Source: a virus. Taken from it: 64,000 nucleotides of DNA. Below the pieces are notes generated by a model. The model had not been told where the DNA came from. It did not search any database and worked only from the letters and a program-made list of their open reading frames with translations. A program made the translations under genes and the position numbers. The stretch covers positions 1 through 64,000 of the IMG/VR virus record IMGVR_UViG_3300009593_000015; one strand, written 5' to 3'. Shown in pieces: positions 37,205 to 48,800 of this stretch (position 1 is the first letter of the stretch; each line of letters starts with the position of its first letter).

Positions 37205-39016
37205 ATGACCGAAAATAACAGAGGACTACAAAATACAGAATACTTAAGTGTTACTTTTGAAGAGATAAAACAAAAATTATTAGAAAGGGCCGAAACCTAT
37301 TATCCTGATACCTATAGGGATTTTAATAAAAGCAGTTTTGGATCTCTTATGTTCGACCTCGTAGCTATGGTCGGTGAGCAATTGAATTTTTACGCTCAGT
37401 TTGTCGCAAATGAAGGATTTATAGAATATGCAAGAACAGGAATAGGTCTCACTACTGGGGCGAGAAGATATAATGTTACACTTGGGAATACGGCCCCTCG
37501 CGGTTATGTAACTCTTCAACTCCCAATGGTAGTTTCCGAAGACCAAATAACCCCGGATCCAACAGGAAAGTATTCTTTCTTGAAAGGAGCCTTAGCTACA
37601 GGTCCAGGAAATGCGGTGGTGGAACTACAAGAAGATGTTATCATAGACCCCTCGATTGAGTTGTCCCATGGAAAAATAACCACATCCTTTAATCCCGATG
37701 GGTCCCGTCCGTTGGTATATTTTGTAGAAAAACAGTGTCCTGCAATTGCAGGGCAAATACAAACTTTTGTTGTGGATATTGAAAAATATAGTAATTTTCT
37801 TTCAATAGAGGTCCCTGATCGCTCATGTACAGATATTCTAAGTATAATAGATTCGGAGGGCAATAGGTACTATCAAGTAGATAGTCTGGGAATAAACTCA
37901 ATAGAAATAGGACTCAGATATACTAATTCGGATAGTGGCCAAGAAGTTGAAAAAATGATAGATTTACCGGTCCCTAGGAGGTTCTCGGTTAAAGAAGAGG
38001 GGGAGGCAAAATTTATAGAGTTTGGATACGGCTCAGAAGACACGTTGAAACTTATAGATACGCCCGCAAAATCTTCAGAATACTTCTTAGACAAACAAGG
38101 TCACCAGCATCCGTTGTCAAAAGAAGTGACCCCTGGCAAGCGACTTCAAAACGACAAATATGGAGTATCACCAAGCAACACTACTCTGACAATAGTATAT
38201 AGGTCTAACACGAGCGACAACTCTAATATATCGATAGGAGAAATAAGCACTATTCAATCCGCAGAAATAGTGTTTGATGATGAAGTTGGCTTCGGCGAGG
38301 CTAATATGCAATTTGTTAGGAATAATATTTCTTGTACCAACAATGAACCATTTAATGGAGTTGTCAGATATCAGTCAACAAAAGAAATAGCCTTAACGTG
38401 CCAAGCTGCAGCAGGCGCCCAGGCCCGGGCTGTGACAGAAAAAGACCTAGTCTCTATGTGCTATGTTATGCCTCCGCAGTTTGGCAAAATTACAAAAGCA
38501 TCAGTGCACAGAGACTCAGAAGGGTTGAGAAAAATGTTGAATCTGTATTGTATTTCAGAAGACTCCGAACAAAATCTGGAAGCAGCATCGATGCTGATGA
38601 AAGAAAATTTAAAAAAATGGATAAACTCAGTTAAAATGATGACAGATAGGATAGATATCTTTGACGCTAAAATATTGAATTTAAATCTGTTTTTAGATAT
38701 AACTCTTAGAGATGAAGCAGACGTACAGTCTGCTGTTCCACGTATCAGAGAATTTTTATATAATGAAATTAATCTGACTAGGCCGGAAATTGGACAACAC
38801 TTCTCCATAGGAGAAATAGAGAGAATATTGACAAAAATGCCTATCATACAGAGAATCAACAGGGTTCAAGTGGGTGTCAAAAACGGAAAGGGGTATTCTA
38901 GTGTGAGATATGATATTATGCCAAACGCAGCGCCAGACGGCTCAACAATTTACATGCCAGAAGATTTCATTTGGGAAATAAAAAACCCAACAGATATTAC
39001 AGGAATTATTAAATAA
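37205..39016 (+). CDS. Baseplate wedge protein, T4 gp6/baseplate J-like
   Basis: FEEIKQKL....YPDTYRDFN.SS.G, LNFY, IEFGYG and RAVTEKD motifs. Confidence 0.85.
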   Translation: MTENNRGLQNTEYLSVTFEEIKQKLLERAETYYPDTYRDFNKSSFGSLMFDLVAMVGEQLNFYAQFVANEGFIEYARTGIGLTTGARRYNVTLGNTAPRGYVTLQLPMVVSEDQITPDPTGKYSFLKGALATGPGNAVVELQEDVIIDPSIELSHGKITTSFNPDGSRPLVYFVEKQCPAIAGQIQTFVVDIEKYSNFLSIEVPDRSCTDILSIIDSEGNRYYQVDSLGINSIEIGLRYTNSDSGQEVEKMIDLPVPRRFSVKEEGEAKFIEFGYGSEDTLKLIDTPAKSSEYFLDKQGHQHPLSKEVTPGKRLQNDKYGVSPSNTTLTIVYRSNTSDNSNISIGEISTIQSAEIVFDDEVGFGEANMQFVRNNISCTNNEPFNGVVRYQSTKEIALTCQAAAGAQARAVTEKDLVSMCYVMPPQFGKITKASVHRDSEGLRKMLNLYCISEDSEQNLEAASMLMKENLKKWINSVKMMTDRIDIFDAKILNLNLFLDITLRDEADVQSAVPRIREFLYNEINLTRPEIGQHFSIGEIERILTKMPIIQRINRVQVGVKNGKGYSSVRYDIMPNAAPDGSTIYMPEDFIWEIKNPTDITGIIK

Positions 39017-40113
39017 TGTCTATAAAAAGATTTTTTGCAACAAAGGACAACACCATCACGAACGCATATAAGGAAAACCTCGCTTCAACTGCTTCGTATT
39101 CAAACATGGGTGCATCTGATATACTTGAACTATTCTCTATATATGCACAAGCGACAACATCTTCTGTGGAAAAATCAAGAATTTTATTGCAATTTTCGAC
39201 TAGCGAGTTATCAGAAGCCCGATCCTCAGGTGCCCTCCCCGCATCCGGATCGGTTTCGTTTAAATTGAAATTATTTAACGCAACACATTCCGAAACTATA
39301 CCAAAAAACTATACAATTTCCTCTCATGTCTTATCTAAGGAGTGGGACGAGGGAGTTGGCTTAGACATGGATGATTATTCAGATCTGGATGCAAGCAACT
39401 GGATATCTTCTAGTTTCGAATCATCATGGTCTACCCCCGGTGGCGATTTTACAACTGGCAGCTATGAGGGTTCCTGTATTGTTTCGAAAGGGACCGAAGA
39501 TTTAGAGATCGATATTACTTCTACAGTTGAAGCTTGGTTAGCGGAAGCAATAGACAATCATGGAATAATTTTAAAATTATCAGGCTCTCTAGAGACAGGG
39601 GATCAGAAGCGGTCTTATTATACAAAGCGCTACTTTGCGCGCGGCTCAGAGCATTTTTTCAAGCGCCCGGTATTGGAAGCCCAGTGGGACTCATCGACAC
39701 AAAATACGTCATCTTTGCCAAGCCCATATTCGCAAGCGGATAACTACGTGTTTAACATAACGAATCTCAAGAAAAAATATAAAACTCACGAAAAAACAAA
39801 AATGAAAGTCTATACTAGAAACAAAAACTGGCAGCCGAACATATACGCAAAGGCTAGTATATTTGCTCCTGTTGATATAGTCGACGAAGCTTATTACAAA
39901 ATCACAAGAGTTGCTGATAACTTGGAGATAGTGCCATATTCACACAATAAGAGTCCATCTTTCTCTAAAATGTCCTACAATTCAAGCGGGTCTTTTTTTG
40001 ATTTGGACATGTCTCTCTTGGCTCCAAACTATTTATACGAGGTAAAATTTTTGAGAAAGACCGGAAGCATGCATATTGAACAAGAGGAAAGCTTTAGATT
40101 TAGAGTAGAATAA
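39016..40113 (+). CDS. Virion structural protein with a DNRLRE-like beta-sandwich
   Basis: SRILLQF, WDEG.G, W..PGGDF, DIT..V..W, N.GIILK and RP.LE motifs. Confidence 0.65.
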   Translation: MSIKRFFATKDNTITNAYKENLASTASYSNMGASDILELFSIYAQATTSSVEKSRILLQFSTSELSEARSSGALPASGSVSFKLKLFNATHSETIPKNYTISSHVLSKEWDEGVGLDMDDYSDLDASNWISSSFESSWSTPGGDFTTGSYEGSCIVSKGTEDLEIDITSTVEAWLAEAIDNHGIILKLSGSLETGDQKRSYYTKRYFARGSEHFFKRPVLEAQWDSSTQNTSSLPSPYSQADNYVFNITNLKKKYKTHEKTKMKVYTRNKNWQPNIYAKASIFAPVDIVDEAYYKITRVADNLEIVPYSHNKSPSFSKMSYNSSGSFFDLDMSLLAPNYLYEVKFLRKTGSMHIEQEESFRFRVE

Positions 40114-42737
40114 TGACAACTAAAAAAAACAAAAGAAAAGAAAAATTTTTAGAAACTTTTAAAAAAAGTAAAGTAAATGAAAAGACCGGATTAATTTCGA
40201 AAAAAATAGAGTCTGATACCTTGGCATCAGAATTCGATAAATATTCGAAAACATATAGACCTTCGGTGCGGATAGAAAAACCTGAAGATTTTTGCTTCTT
40301 TGGTAGTGCACAGCAATATTACCTTCGATCTTATGATTATATTTCAAACTATTATCCCTTTGATGGGACAAGGGAGGGGGTGATAAAGTGGCATAAAGAC
40401 GCATCTACCGTTGACTTAGCGATGTTCCGTCAAGCTTGGCCCAGCACAGTTGGCCATTTGAAGCTCGATTATTCGGAAAAAGTATTTTTCTATGCGGGCC
40501 CGAATAAAATTCCAGAATCGGAATTCACAGCAAAAAATATAAAATCAGAACCGGGGATATTGATTGATCCTAAAATTGGAAGCACAATAGAATTTTGGCT
40601 AAAAAAAGATTCTTTCGATAAAATAAATTACCCACAAGAAACCATTACTCATATTGGGACGTATCCTGGGAAAGAGGTATCCTCAAAATCAAGCGAAATA
40701 AAAATTTTCTTATCTTCAGATTCTGGCAGTCCTTTTTATATAAATTATAAGTCGGGAAATTCTTCAGTCAATAATGTGCAAATTGGTTCAAGTGCCGTTA
40801 CTGATTCGGCTATTGCGGATTCAAAATGGCATCATTATGCGTTTAAATTTTGGAAATCAGATTCTTTGCTTTATATAAAATTGTTTATTGATGGTAAGCC
40901 TGATTCTATAAAGAGTGTATCCTTCGGAGATACAATAGAGGTAAAGAGTTTCCTGGCCGGCTCGATAGGGGGTAACATGTCTTCTTCTTCTGGGAACCTA
41001 TCAGCATCAATAGATGAATTTAGATTCTGGAAGGGTCAGAGATCGACCAGGGAAATAGCAAGATTCTTTGATAAGAAGATTTATGCTTCGCATGCCGCGG
41101 AGAGCGAATACACCACTCGGTTGGGGGTTTATTACAGATTTAATAAGATTAAGGTAGGAGATATAAATTCTGATAGCTTAATTATCGACCACTCTGGTCA
41201 TGAAATTTTCGGAAGAATACAAAATTATAATGAAAATTCAAAAATTGAGCAGTCTGCGATTACGTTATCCGAAACTAGTGAAAACATCGAGTCCCCCGAC
41301 CCGATATTGGATCGAAGAGCTGAAGCTGTTATATCACTTGAGGAGAGTTTTAATAGCATTGCGAAATCTTACGATGAAAATAACCAGAGCATGTTGCAGA
41401 GGTTCATCCCGGAATGGGCAAGAGAAGAAATTCAAAACTCCTCTGCGGATAACCCTTCAGAATTTCAGGTTTTACTTCATCTTTTGTCTTCTGAATTTGA
41501 TGAAATAAAGGTATTTTTAGATTCGATATCAACTGATTACGTCCCTAACTGGCAAGAAACAAACCAAATCATCGCTCCCACGCCAGAAGCTTCAGGGTCG
41601 GTGTCTGTAAATTATGCAGATAATATATACATTGGGTGCAAAGACGACGGCCTACCATCATACAGAGGAAGCGGGTACCGAGGGGACAGGTATCAGAGAC
41701 AAATGAAAGCTGCCGGTTTGATGTATAAGAAGTTGTTTCAAAAGTCATATAAACTAGAAGATGATGTAGAGGGGACCCAGGATTTTATTTCGGCCGATTT
41801 ATTAGTTGAAGAAGCAAGACACGCATTTGAGCAGCGACTTGCATCAGAGGCTCCAAGCTTAATGAAAGCTAAGGGGACACAATCATCTCTTGATAGATTG
41901 TATGAGACTCTTGGCCACAATAACACTGACATAACAGATATGCACCTTATACCAGAAGAAGACTTATTGTTAGAGGACAGTAAAGTAGAAGCTCACACAT
42001 CTACAATGAGTTCTGTCAGTTTTGTGGACAATAACGAAGGCACTCTATTTATGGCAGCCTCAGCAGACGATGAAAGGACGCACATGGAGTCGGATTCTTC
42101 GCATAATTCGAGAGAGTACACCTTTGAAGGTTCTTATATTATGCCATCTCAGGAGGTTTATTCTTTTGAAAACAAGGAGACTAGCCTATTCGGGTGCAGA
42201 GAAGTAGAGGGTATAAAAAACAATCTCACTCAGACTTCTCCAGACGATGCTAACTTTACAGCTGTAGTAGAAAAACAGAATCTTGAGTCAAAAAGAGCAA
42301 GATTTGTACTCAAGTCACCAGCACTTTTGTCAAGTGACATACAGACACAATATTTTAACAATGTTTATGATAATTCTAGGTGGAATATATCGGTAAGAAT
42401 AAGAAAAACATCGGCAGAACCATTCATAGAGACCACTTCTGAATCTTATGAAGTTTCGTTCCAAGGGTACAATTATGTTCAAGATTCACTAGTCCAAGCA
42501 TTTCAGAAGGTCTCTCCAATATCTAAAAGCGAGTATGACGATTTCAAAGACTCTTACAAAACTGTGTTTTTAGGAGCAGCCCGCGAAAATATTACAGGAT
42601 CCGTATTAATAAAATCAGACGTGAAAATGTTAACATTCAGCGCTTGGCAAGCCGCTCTGTCTGACGGAGAGCTTAAATTAAGAGCCCAAAACCCACTTGT
42701 AAGTGGAGGTTCGTTAACCCATATGTTGGAAAGGTAG
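40113..42737 (+). CDS. Virion structural protein with a LamG/concanavalin-like domain
   Basis: TIEFWLK, DSKWHHYAF, KLFIDG, ASIDEFRFW and LGVYYRFN motifs. Confidence 0.75.
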   Translation: MTTKKNKRKEKFLETFKKSKVNEKTGLISKKIESDTLASEFDKYSKTYRPSVRIEKPEDFCFFGSAQQYYLRSYDYISNYYPFDGTREGVIKWHKDASTVDLAMFRQAWPSTVGHLKLDYSEKVFFYAGPNKIPESEFTAKNIKSEPGILIDPKIGSTIEFWLKKDSFDKINYPQETITHIGTYPGKEVSSKSSEIKIFLSSDSGSPFYINYKSGNSSVNNVQIGSSAVTDSAIADSKWHHYAFKFWKSDSLLYIKLFIDGKPDSIKSVSFGDTIEVKSFLAGSIGGNMSSSSGNLSASIDEFRFWKGQRSTREIARFFDKKIYASHAAESEYTTRLGVYYRFNKIKVGDINSDSLIIDHSGHEIFGRIQNYNENSKIEQSAITLSETSENIESPDPILDRRAEAVISLEESFNSIAKSYDENNQSMLQRFIPEWAREEIQNSSADNPSEFQVLLHLLSSEFDEIKVFLDSISTDYVPNWQETNQIIAPTPEASGSVSVNYADNIYIGCKDDGLPSYRGSGYRGDRYQRQMKAAGLMYKKLFQKSYKLEDDVEGTQDFISADLLVEEARHAFEQRLASEAPSLMKAKGTQSSLDRLYETLGHNNTDITDMHLIPEEDLLLEDSKVEAHTSTMSSVSFVDNNEGTLFMAASADDERTHMESDSSHNSREYTFEGSYIMPSQEVYSFENKETSLFGCREVEGIKNNLTQTSPDDANFTAVVEKQNLESKRARFVLKSPALLSSDIQTQYFNNVYDNSRWNISVRIRKTSAEPFIETTSESYEVSFQGYNYVQDSLVQAFQKVSPISKSEYDDFKDSYKTVFLGAARENITGSVLIKSDVKMLTFSAWQAALSDGELKLRAQNPLVSGGSLTHMLER

Positions 42738-42809
42738 CTCAAAAAATGAAAAATTTGAATATTTATAGAAGCACAAGAAGTATAATTTTTATTTTAAAGA
42801 GGGGCAATA

Positions 42810-45800
42810 ATGTCTAACAAAGAGAGGTCACATCTTGAAAACTGTATTTTTAGAATACAGTTTTCAGAGTTGAATCAATTAAAAGATAGTACACCATTCA
42901 TCGTCAAAGACGAATCGGGCGGAGACCATCTTATACAAAACTATGGCAATGATCATCCAAACTATAAATATAACTTCAAATCAATGGGGTTCTCCAATAA
43001 GATAGAAAAAGTAATTCAAGAAGAAAAGATATCACATGTAAGACAGACACCGATAGCAAGTATAAAAGGTTTAGATCAGGTAAGCGTAAGAGACTCCAAG
43101 CATGAAAAGTTCATTCCGATAACAAAATCAAGTGTTAATATATTTTCATTTGAAAAGAGTGTATTTCAGGCTATATCAAGAGACATGCTTAATTTCATAT
43201 CAGGAGTGAAAAGTTTTAATAATTTAATAGGAGAGCCAGTCAATAAATATAGGAAAAATTATAAATTATTGAACCACGTAAGAGAGAGGTACTTTTCAAA
43301 CGTTCTCAGCGAGCCTGATTTCGAAAGATATTTGAATTATTACAAATGGGTTGACGCGTCATTTGGGTATCTGCTTAAGCAAATGGTCCCGGCGTCTGCA
43401 TTTTCTAATACTGGGATAGAAGATGTGATTGAATCTCATGCTTTCGAGAGAAATAAATATGATTACAAGTATAACCGTTTCGAGCGTAAAGAACCAATAC
43501 TGGAAACAAGTATATTATCAATTAACGAACTTCTATATGATTGGGAACATGGCCACGGCTCTCAAAACGAAAATGAGCATTGCCTGTGGCAACAAGATAG
43601 AAAAACAAGAGAAGAAGAAAACAGAGAAACTATAAGAAAAGTGTTGACAACGGTAGTAACCGGGTCAGGCGAAAAACTAGCCAGAAATTATGTTTTAAGA
43701 AATCTTGTAAAGCCGTACAAACACGATTCTTCGCGTCAGTTGAGCTTAAAAATTGGTCACAACCGGCAAGCTAATAAGATTAAAGATTTATACAAAATAA
43801 TAAATACAGGTAAAGAGATAACAATCAATTCAGAAGATATATACGAGTTCAAGAGGTGTGATGATATAATCAATCCACAAAAGGATAAAATTTATACAGC
43901 TAAAACAAACACTTCAGATACAGATGGTTACCTGGACGCAGATCTCGATTTAATTTTGCCTTTAAATTTCTATAGTTCTTCTGTTGGGGTTGATTTTTCT
44001 GAATTTAAGCAAAATTTAAAAATCACGAACAACCTAGAGATGAAGGAATCGTTTGATTCTGTCGCTACATACTTGTTTGATCAAGGCGCGCCTCATCGAA
44101 ACGTAAAAATAGGTACACCTAGTGATAATCGACCTGAGGCGTATGAGATATCATCATCTCCTGAGAAGTTGGTTATTAAGAGTCCTGCAAGTGGGCCTAA
44201 GTCTCTTTTTCACAAAGGTCATCTTGGCAATAGGCTTTATAGACTATCAAACACAAAAACGCAGATTTCAGACACGCAGGTTTTAGTTCAAGGTAATTAT
44301 TCAAAAGATTATGAAATTGTCATGACAAATGGCAGAAATCAAAACAACAATTTCCTAACAGAAAACGAGGGCCGCGGCCTGACAGGTTCTCTGAGTCCTT
44401 CGGGTTGGCTCAGTGGTCTTGTAGATTTTGAGGTGCCCAGCAGACCAAAGAGAGAGCATGTTATTGTTAATCGTTTCTCTGCGATAGGCTCTCCGGACAC
44501 CTCCGGGAAGTATGGTTTAGACAGAGTTTCAGAAGAGCATTCGGTATATAACACAGTAAATTATCGAAGTTTACTAGTCAGGGGCGTCTACAACACTTTA
44601 TCGAAAGAAAGATCAGAGCAATTCGGTTTTCGATCCGGATCAGAAACACAAGGATCGATACACAAGACAAACAGAAATTATAATAGGTTTACTGGATCTT
44701 ACGGAAAGGAAGTTACTCCTGACAACTTCTTTGCGACACATCAGATACCGCATCATGATTTCGGATACTCATGGATTACGGCCTCTGCCAATGAAAATGT
44801 GTATTCATTTCTCAATAGAAACGGAAACATATCACACCAACACAGTTTTGAAGTATCAGGTAGTTTAAAATCTTCTGAGACCATATTATTCCTAACAGCT
44901 AGTGTCTTGGGTACAGACAGTCAGCCGGCTGGCCCCTATTATGCGATTGAAAACACAGACCTCGCGCTGCCTCCGTGGAGCCCTGTATCTTTTGTGGGGC
45001 TCAATACAGTAATTCAGGAACCAATCTCTGCCGATTTAAATCACTTGGGCTTCCCAATGGGGACCCCCTTCGGAAGAACCGACGTTGATATATCCACGTT
45101 AGCTGGCTCCCGCGTAATGACAAATATAGACGGTTATTATGAATATTATCTTAATAACGATACCTTGGCAGGGATCCAGTCCCCACATACAGATCTCGCT
45201 TCTGGTTTAAATTCTCTCATATTAAAGCGTCAAGGCCCTTACGGCTGGCCAACGTGGAAACAGGTGAGAGCCTCACATAACCCGATAGTGAGAAACCACC
45301 GAAGAAATAATATAATATCAGCTGTGTTCAGGGGTACAACGCCATTTCCTTCTTGTTATCCCGGTACAAGTTTTGAATATCAAAACACGAATGAGAACAA
45401 AAATACCATTACGAATAGGAGAGTTGTTAAAAACTATGACGAGATATTAGCAACATGCAAGTTCAACCCAATTACGGTGAGTCGACACACATATCGAACC
45501 GAGACTGGAATAGAATTTTTGATGGAACATCTACAGCTCCCTGTTAATGTTCCACAATGGGCATTAGCTTTGATGTGGTGGAACGACGAGTTCTTACATG
45601 AGTTTATAACAAAGACTGAATCGTTAAACACAGTACTACAACTTCCTAGTATCTCCATGAGAGTACCTCTCCAAAATACTGTTACGGGATACGCAAACCA
45701 AGATATGGCAGATGATTTTTTCTTTAAAGAAAAATCAATACTAAACACAACAAACATTGGAATAATAAATAGCTTCATCAAAACTGAAGCCAATAATGCT

Positions 45801-48800
45801 GATTCTACATTTCTTGAGGTGAATTATATAGAGACAATCTATCCTAGAGAGATTAATACATTTACCAAAGAGGCTAGAAATAGAGAGTTGTTTGACTTTT
45901 TTGGGTGGAATTCAAACAGAACAAAGAGAGAATTGACCTTATCTGGAAATATAACTTATGGTGATTGGATTTGGTCTACAACAGTCTGGCCGGGTGTCAA
46001 TCTGTTTACTTTTTCGTTAGAGTCTCCGACCCAACTAGAGGTAGATTTTGAAAAAAGCTATTTCAATTCATATGAAAAAATAGATAGGTTATACTTTCCA
46101 AACACCGCAAGCGAATATTCTGAAAATCTAAAAACAAGTAAATGGGTACTCGACTCGCGCAAAGACTATTCATCTTTACCAACAGAAATTACAAACCCTA
46201 GAAGCTGGGTTCAGATCGATGCAACCAAGCCGGGTTCGTTAGTGTCGCGAGCTCAGATGCAGACAGGTATTCTGCAAAACGAATTTAGTATGTTCCCGCT
46301 CGGCGGAAACGCTCTTAGGGGTCAACCTCCCTTTGCACCAGTATACAACAGGAGAATCCCACAAGAATATCTTTCTTCTAGTACAAGGAGGGTTCTTCTC
46401 GCTGGAGAAGCAAAGTGGGAAACACCTGAGCCCGCCCCAGGTACAACAGGTCCTTTTTTGGACGAATATGAGGAGTTTCAGAAAGAGGCACGCTTAGTGG
46501 GACAACAATATTCACTCATACCAGAATTTACCATCTCTAGGTATATTGAAGATATATATGCTTCTGGAAACTTCACAACCCCATCTGTAGGGGATGACTT
46601 TTTGCAATTAACAGGAGCAGTGTACCACAGTTCATCAGGGGAAGTATCAATAGGTACTCAATTTTTCAAAACTTATTCAAATTCGGATTTTATGAAATAT
46701 TTTCAACCTTTCAAAGATAATATAACGGAAAACGGCTTTGACTTGTCCGCTGGAAAACTGTCACTAAGGTGCACAGCTGTAAAAAGGTTGCTGCCATATA
46801 GAGGCTTTTACCCAGCAGAAAGAGCGGTTCAAATTGTCGATATTTTTCAAAAGAATTATTTAAGCGAAGGTACATATGAGATCGATTATTTGCAGAACGG
46901 GTTTTTAACAGAGCAGAAAGCAAAAGATTCACTAAAGATAAAAATAAATAACACGAAAGCGAAGGTGTCAAAGCCTCTATTTTCACCCGGAGTGCTTTTT
47001 AATTCTATTAAATCTGGGCTAGCAGTAGATTATCCACTCTTCCAATCGAACACTGACACCTATAGGCAGGGGCTGATTGATAATTCAGTATCAACACACA
47101 CTGAGCCATTTGATGTATATAACTATTTGGATTCCCCTGGTGATTTATGTTATACAGGATCTTTGATAAATAATACCGCAGACTTGGGTATACCAAGAAT
47201 TAAAGGGGTAGTCCCAAGGCGAGTAACATTTGAAGATTTGCTAGATCCAGTTAGGTTATTCGGCCAAACAATATTTGAAAATGAGCCACACTCAAGTGCA
47301 AGTTTCCTATACGGTACGCCACTAAATTATGTGATTAGAGAGGATCAGCCAAAGTTTGGAACCTTAGATTCAGATTATGTCCGTCTTGGAAATACATTAA
47401 ATTTTAGACAAAATTATCAATCTTCTGTAGAATCTTTGAGAGGATATACGAGCGCTATACATAACTTTGCATCGGAAACCGTTAAATTTTTTCTGGAGGA
47501 CGAATCGCTGCAAACTGCAATTTCACTACCATCTAGGCCAACACTTCAATCCGGTACAGACTACAAGATGAGAGTATATGTTAACAATAGAAAAACAGTC
47601 ATGTATGACAGGCATTCTGCTTTTGGTCCCCCGGTAGACGACGCCGACACGCCGGTTATTTCCTATGGGGACGATGTTAAGACCCCTGGAGCTCAAGCAT
47701 CAGGGTCAGTTGCTTTCCGCGGCGCAATGGTGACAGCACTACGAAGCGGCGGCAGTGCCAGTGGAGGAGAAGAAATAGTAATTACGGATTACGAAAATAC
47801 AACAATTAATTATACATTTTTTAGCGGATCTAGTAACAAAACCGGCGACGTTGTCGGTACCGATCCATATGCAGTGGCAGTAGAGATCACAGATGCAGGT
47901 TCTGAGGCCGATTTATTGGTCCAAGCCATGAACGCCGATGGCCACAAAGACACAATCAGTAAGAGTATAACAACTGGATTCGAGGGCATGAGCTTTCTTA
48001 GTGACTTTTATACCGTAGTGTTACACCAATCAGCCACTGGTTCTGCTGGGAACAAGGATATGCAGGGCACTTCTGCTATTGACAGTTATGTTGTTGGTCT
48101 TCTAGGGGGAGTAGATCAGGTTTTAAATCCACTATTAAAAAGTACTAGTACGATAAAGTCTGGCTCGCATGGTCACTTGCCTTATGTCCCGCCATTCCTA
48201 GATCCGGAAACCGCACCGTATGCACAGATCTCCTTCACACCGGGACAAACAAGAGAATACACAATTCCAGAAATAATTGAAGGAATGCAAGTATCTTATT
48301 ATAATATGCCACCTCCAGATAATTCTAACACAAATACAAATTATCGTGAAGCAATGGTGTTGTCCGCAAGTATAAATTTTAATAATTCAGTTTTACTATA
48401 TGGTGATAACTACGTTCACCTAGGTTCCGCGACAGGAGAAAAAACAATAGTAAACAATCCAGACCCGACTCTTTATAGGTGGGTAATGCAGCCAAAATGG
48501 GAAACTCCAATAATAGATTTTATGGACGCAAAAGTTACAGCTTTGGATTTATCGACCGAAAAGGAGGAATATGTCCAACACTCGCCATGGAAGAACAGGT
48601 ACCAAACTGACTATTATAAAGAGATTAACGAATCCAAAACTCTATATTTAACATCTTCTACTGGCATGTGGCATCAACATGGAAGCCCAACAGTACTGGA
48701 TCCAAATAAAGGATATTACCTGACAATTGTTGGAGCATCTGAAACAACAGGGAAACAAACAATAGGAAACCTTGCAGAAAAAGTTGGATTCATCAGCGGC

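Noticed and set aside
42735-42812. Stop-codon readthrough or recoding joining 40113..42737 and 42810..50123 (same frame)
   Set aside because: The gap holds several further in-frame stops (TGA, TGA, TAA, TAA), and the downstream gene has its own GAGGGG RBS.
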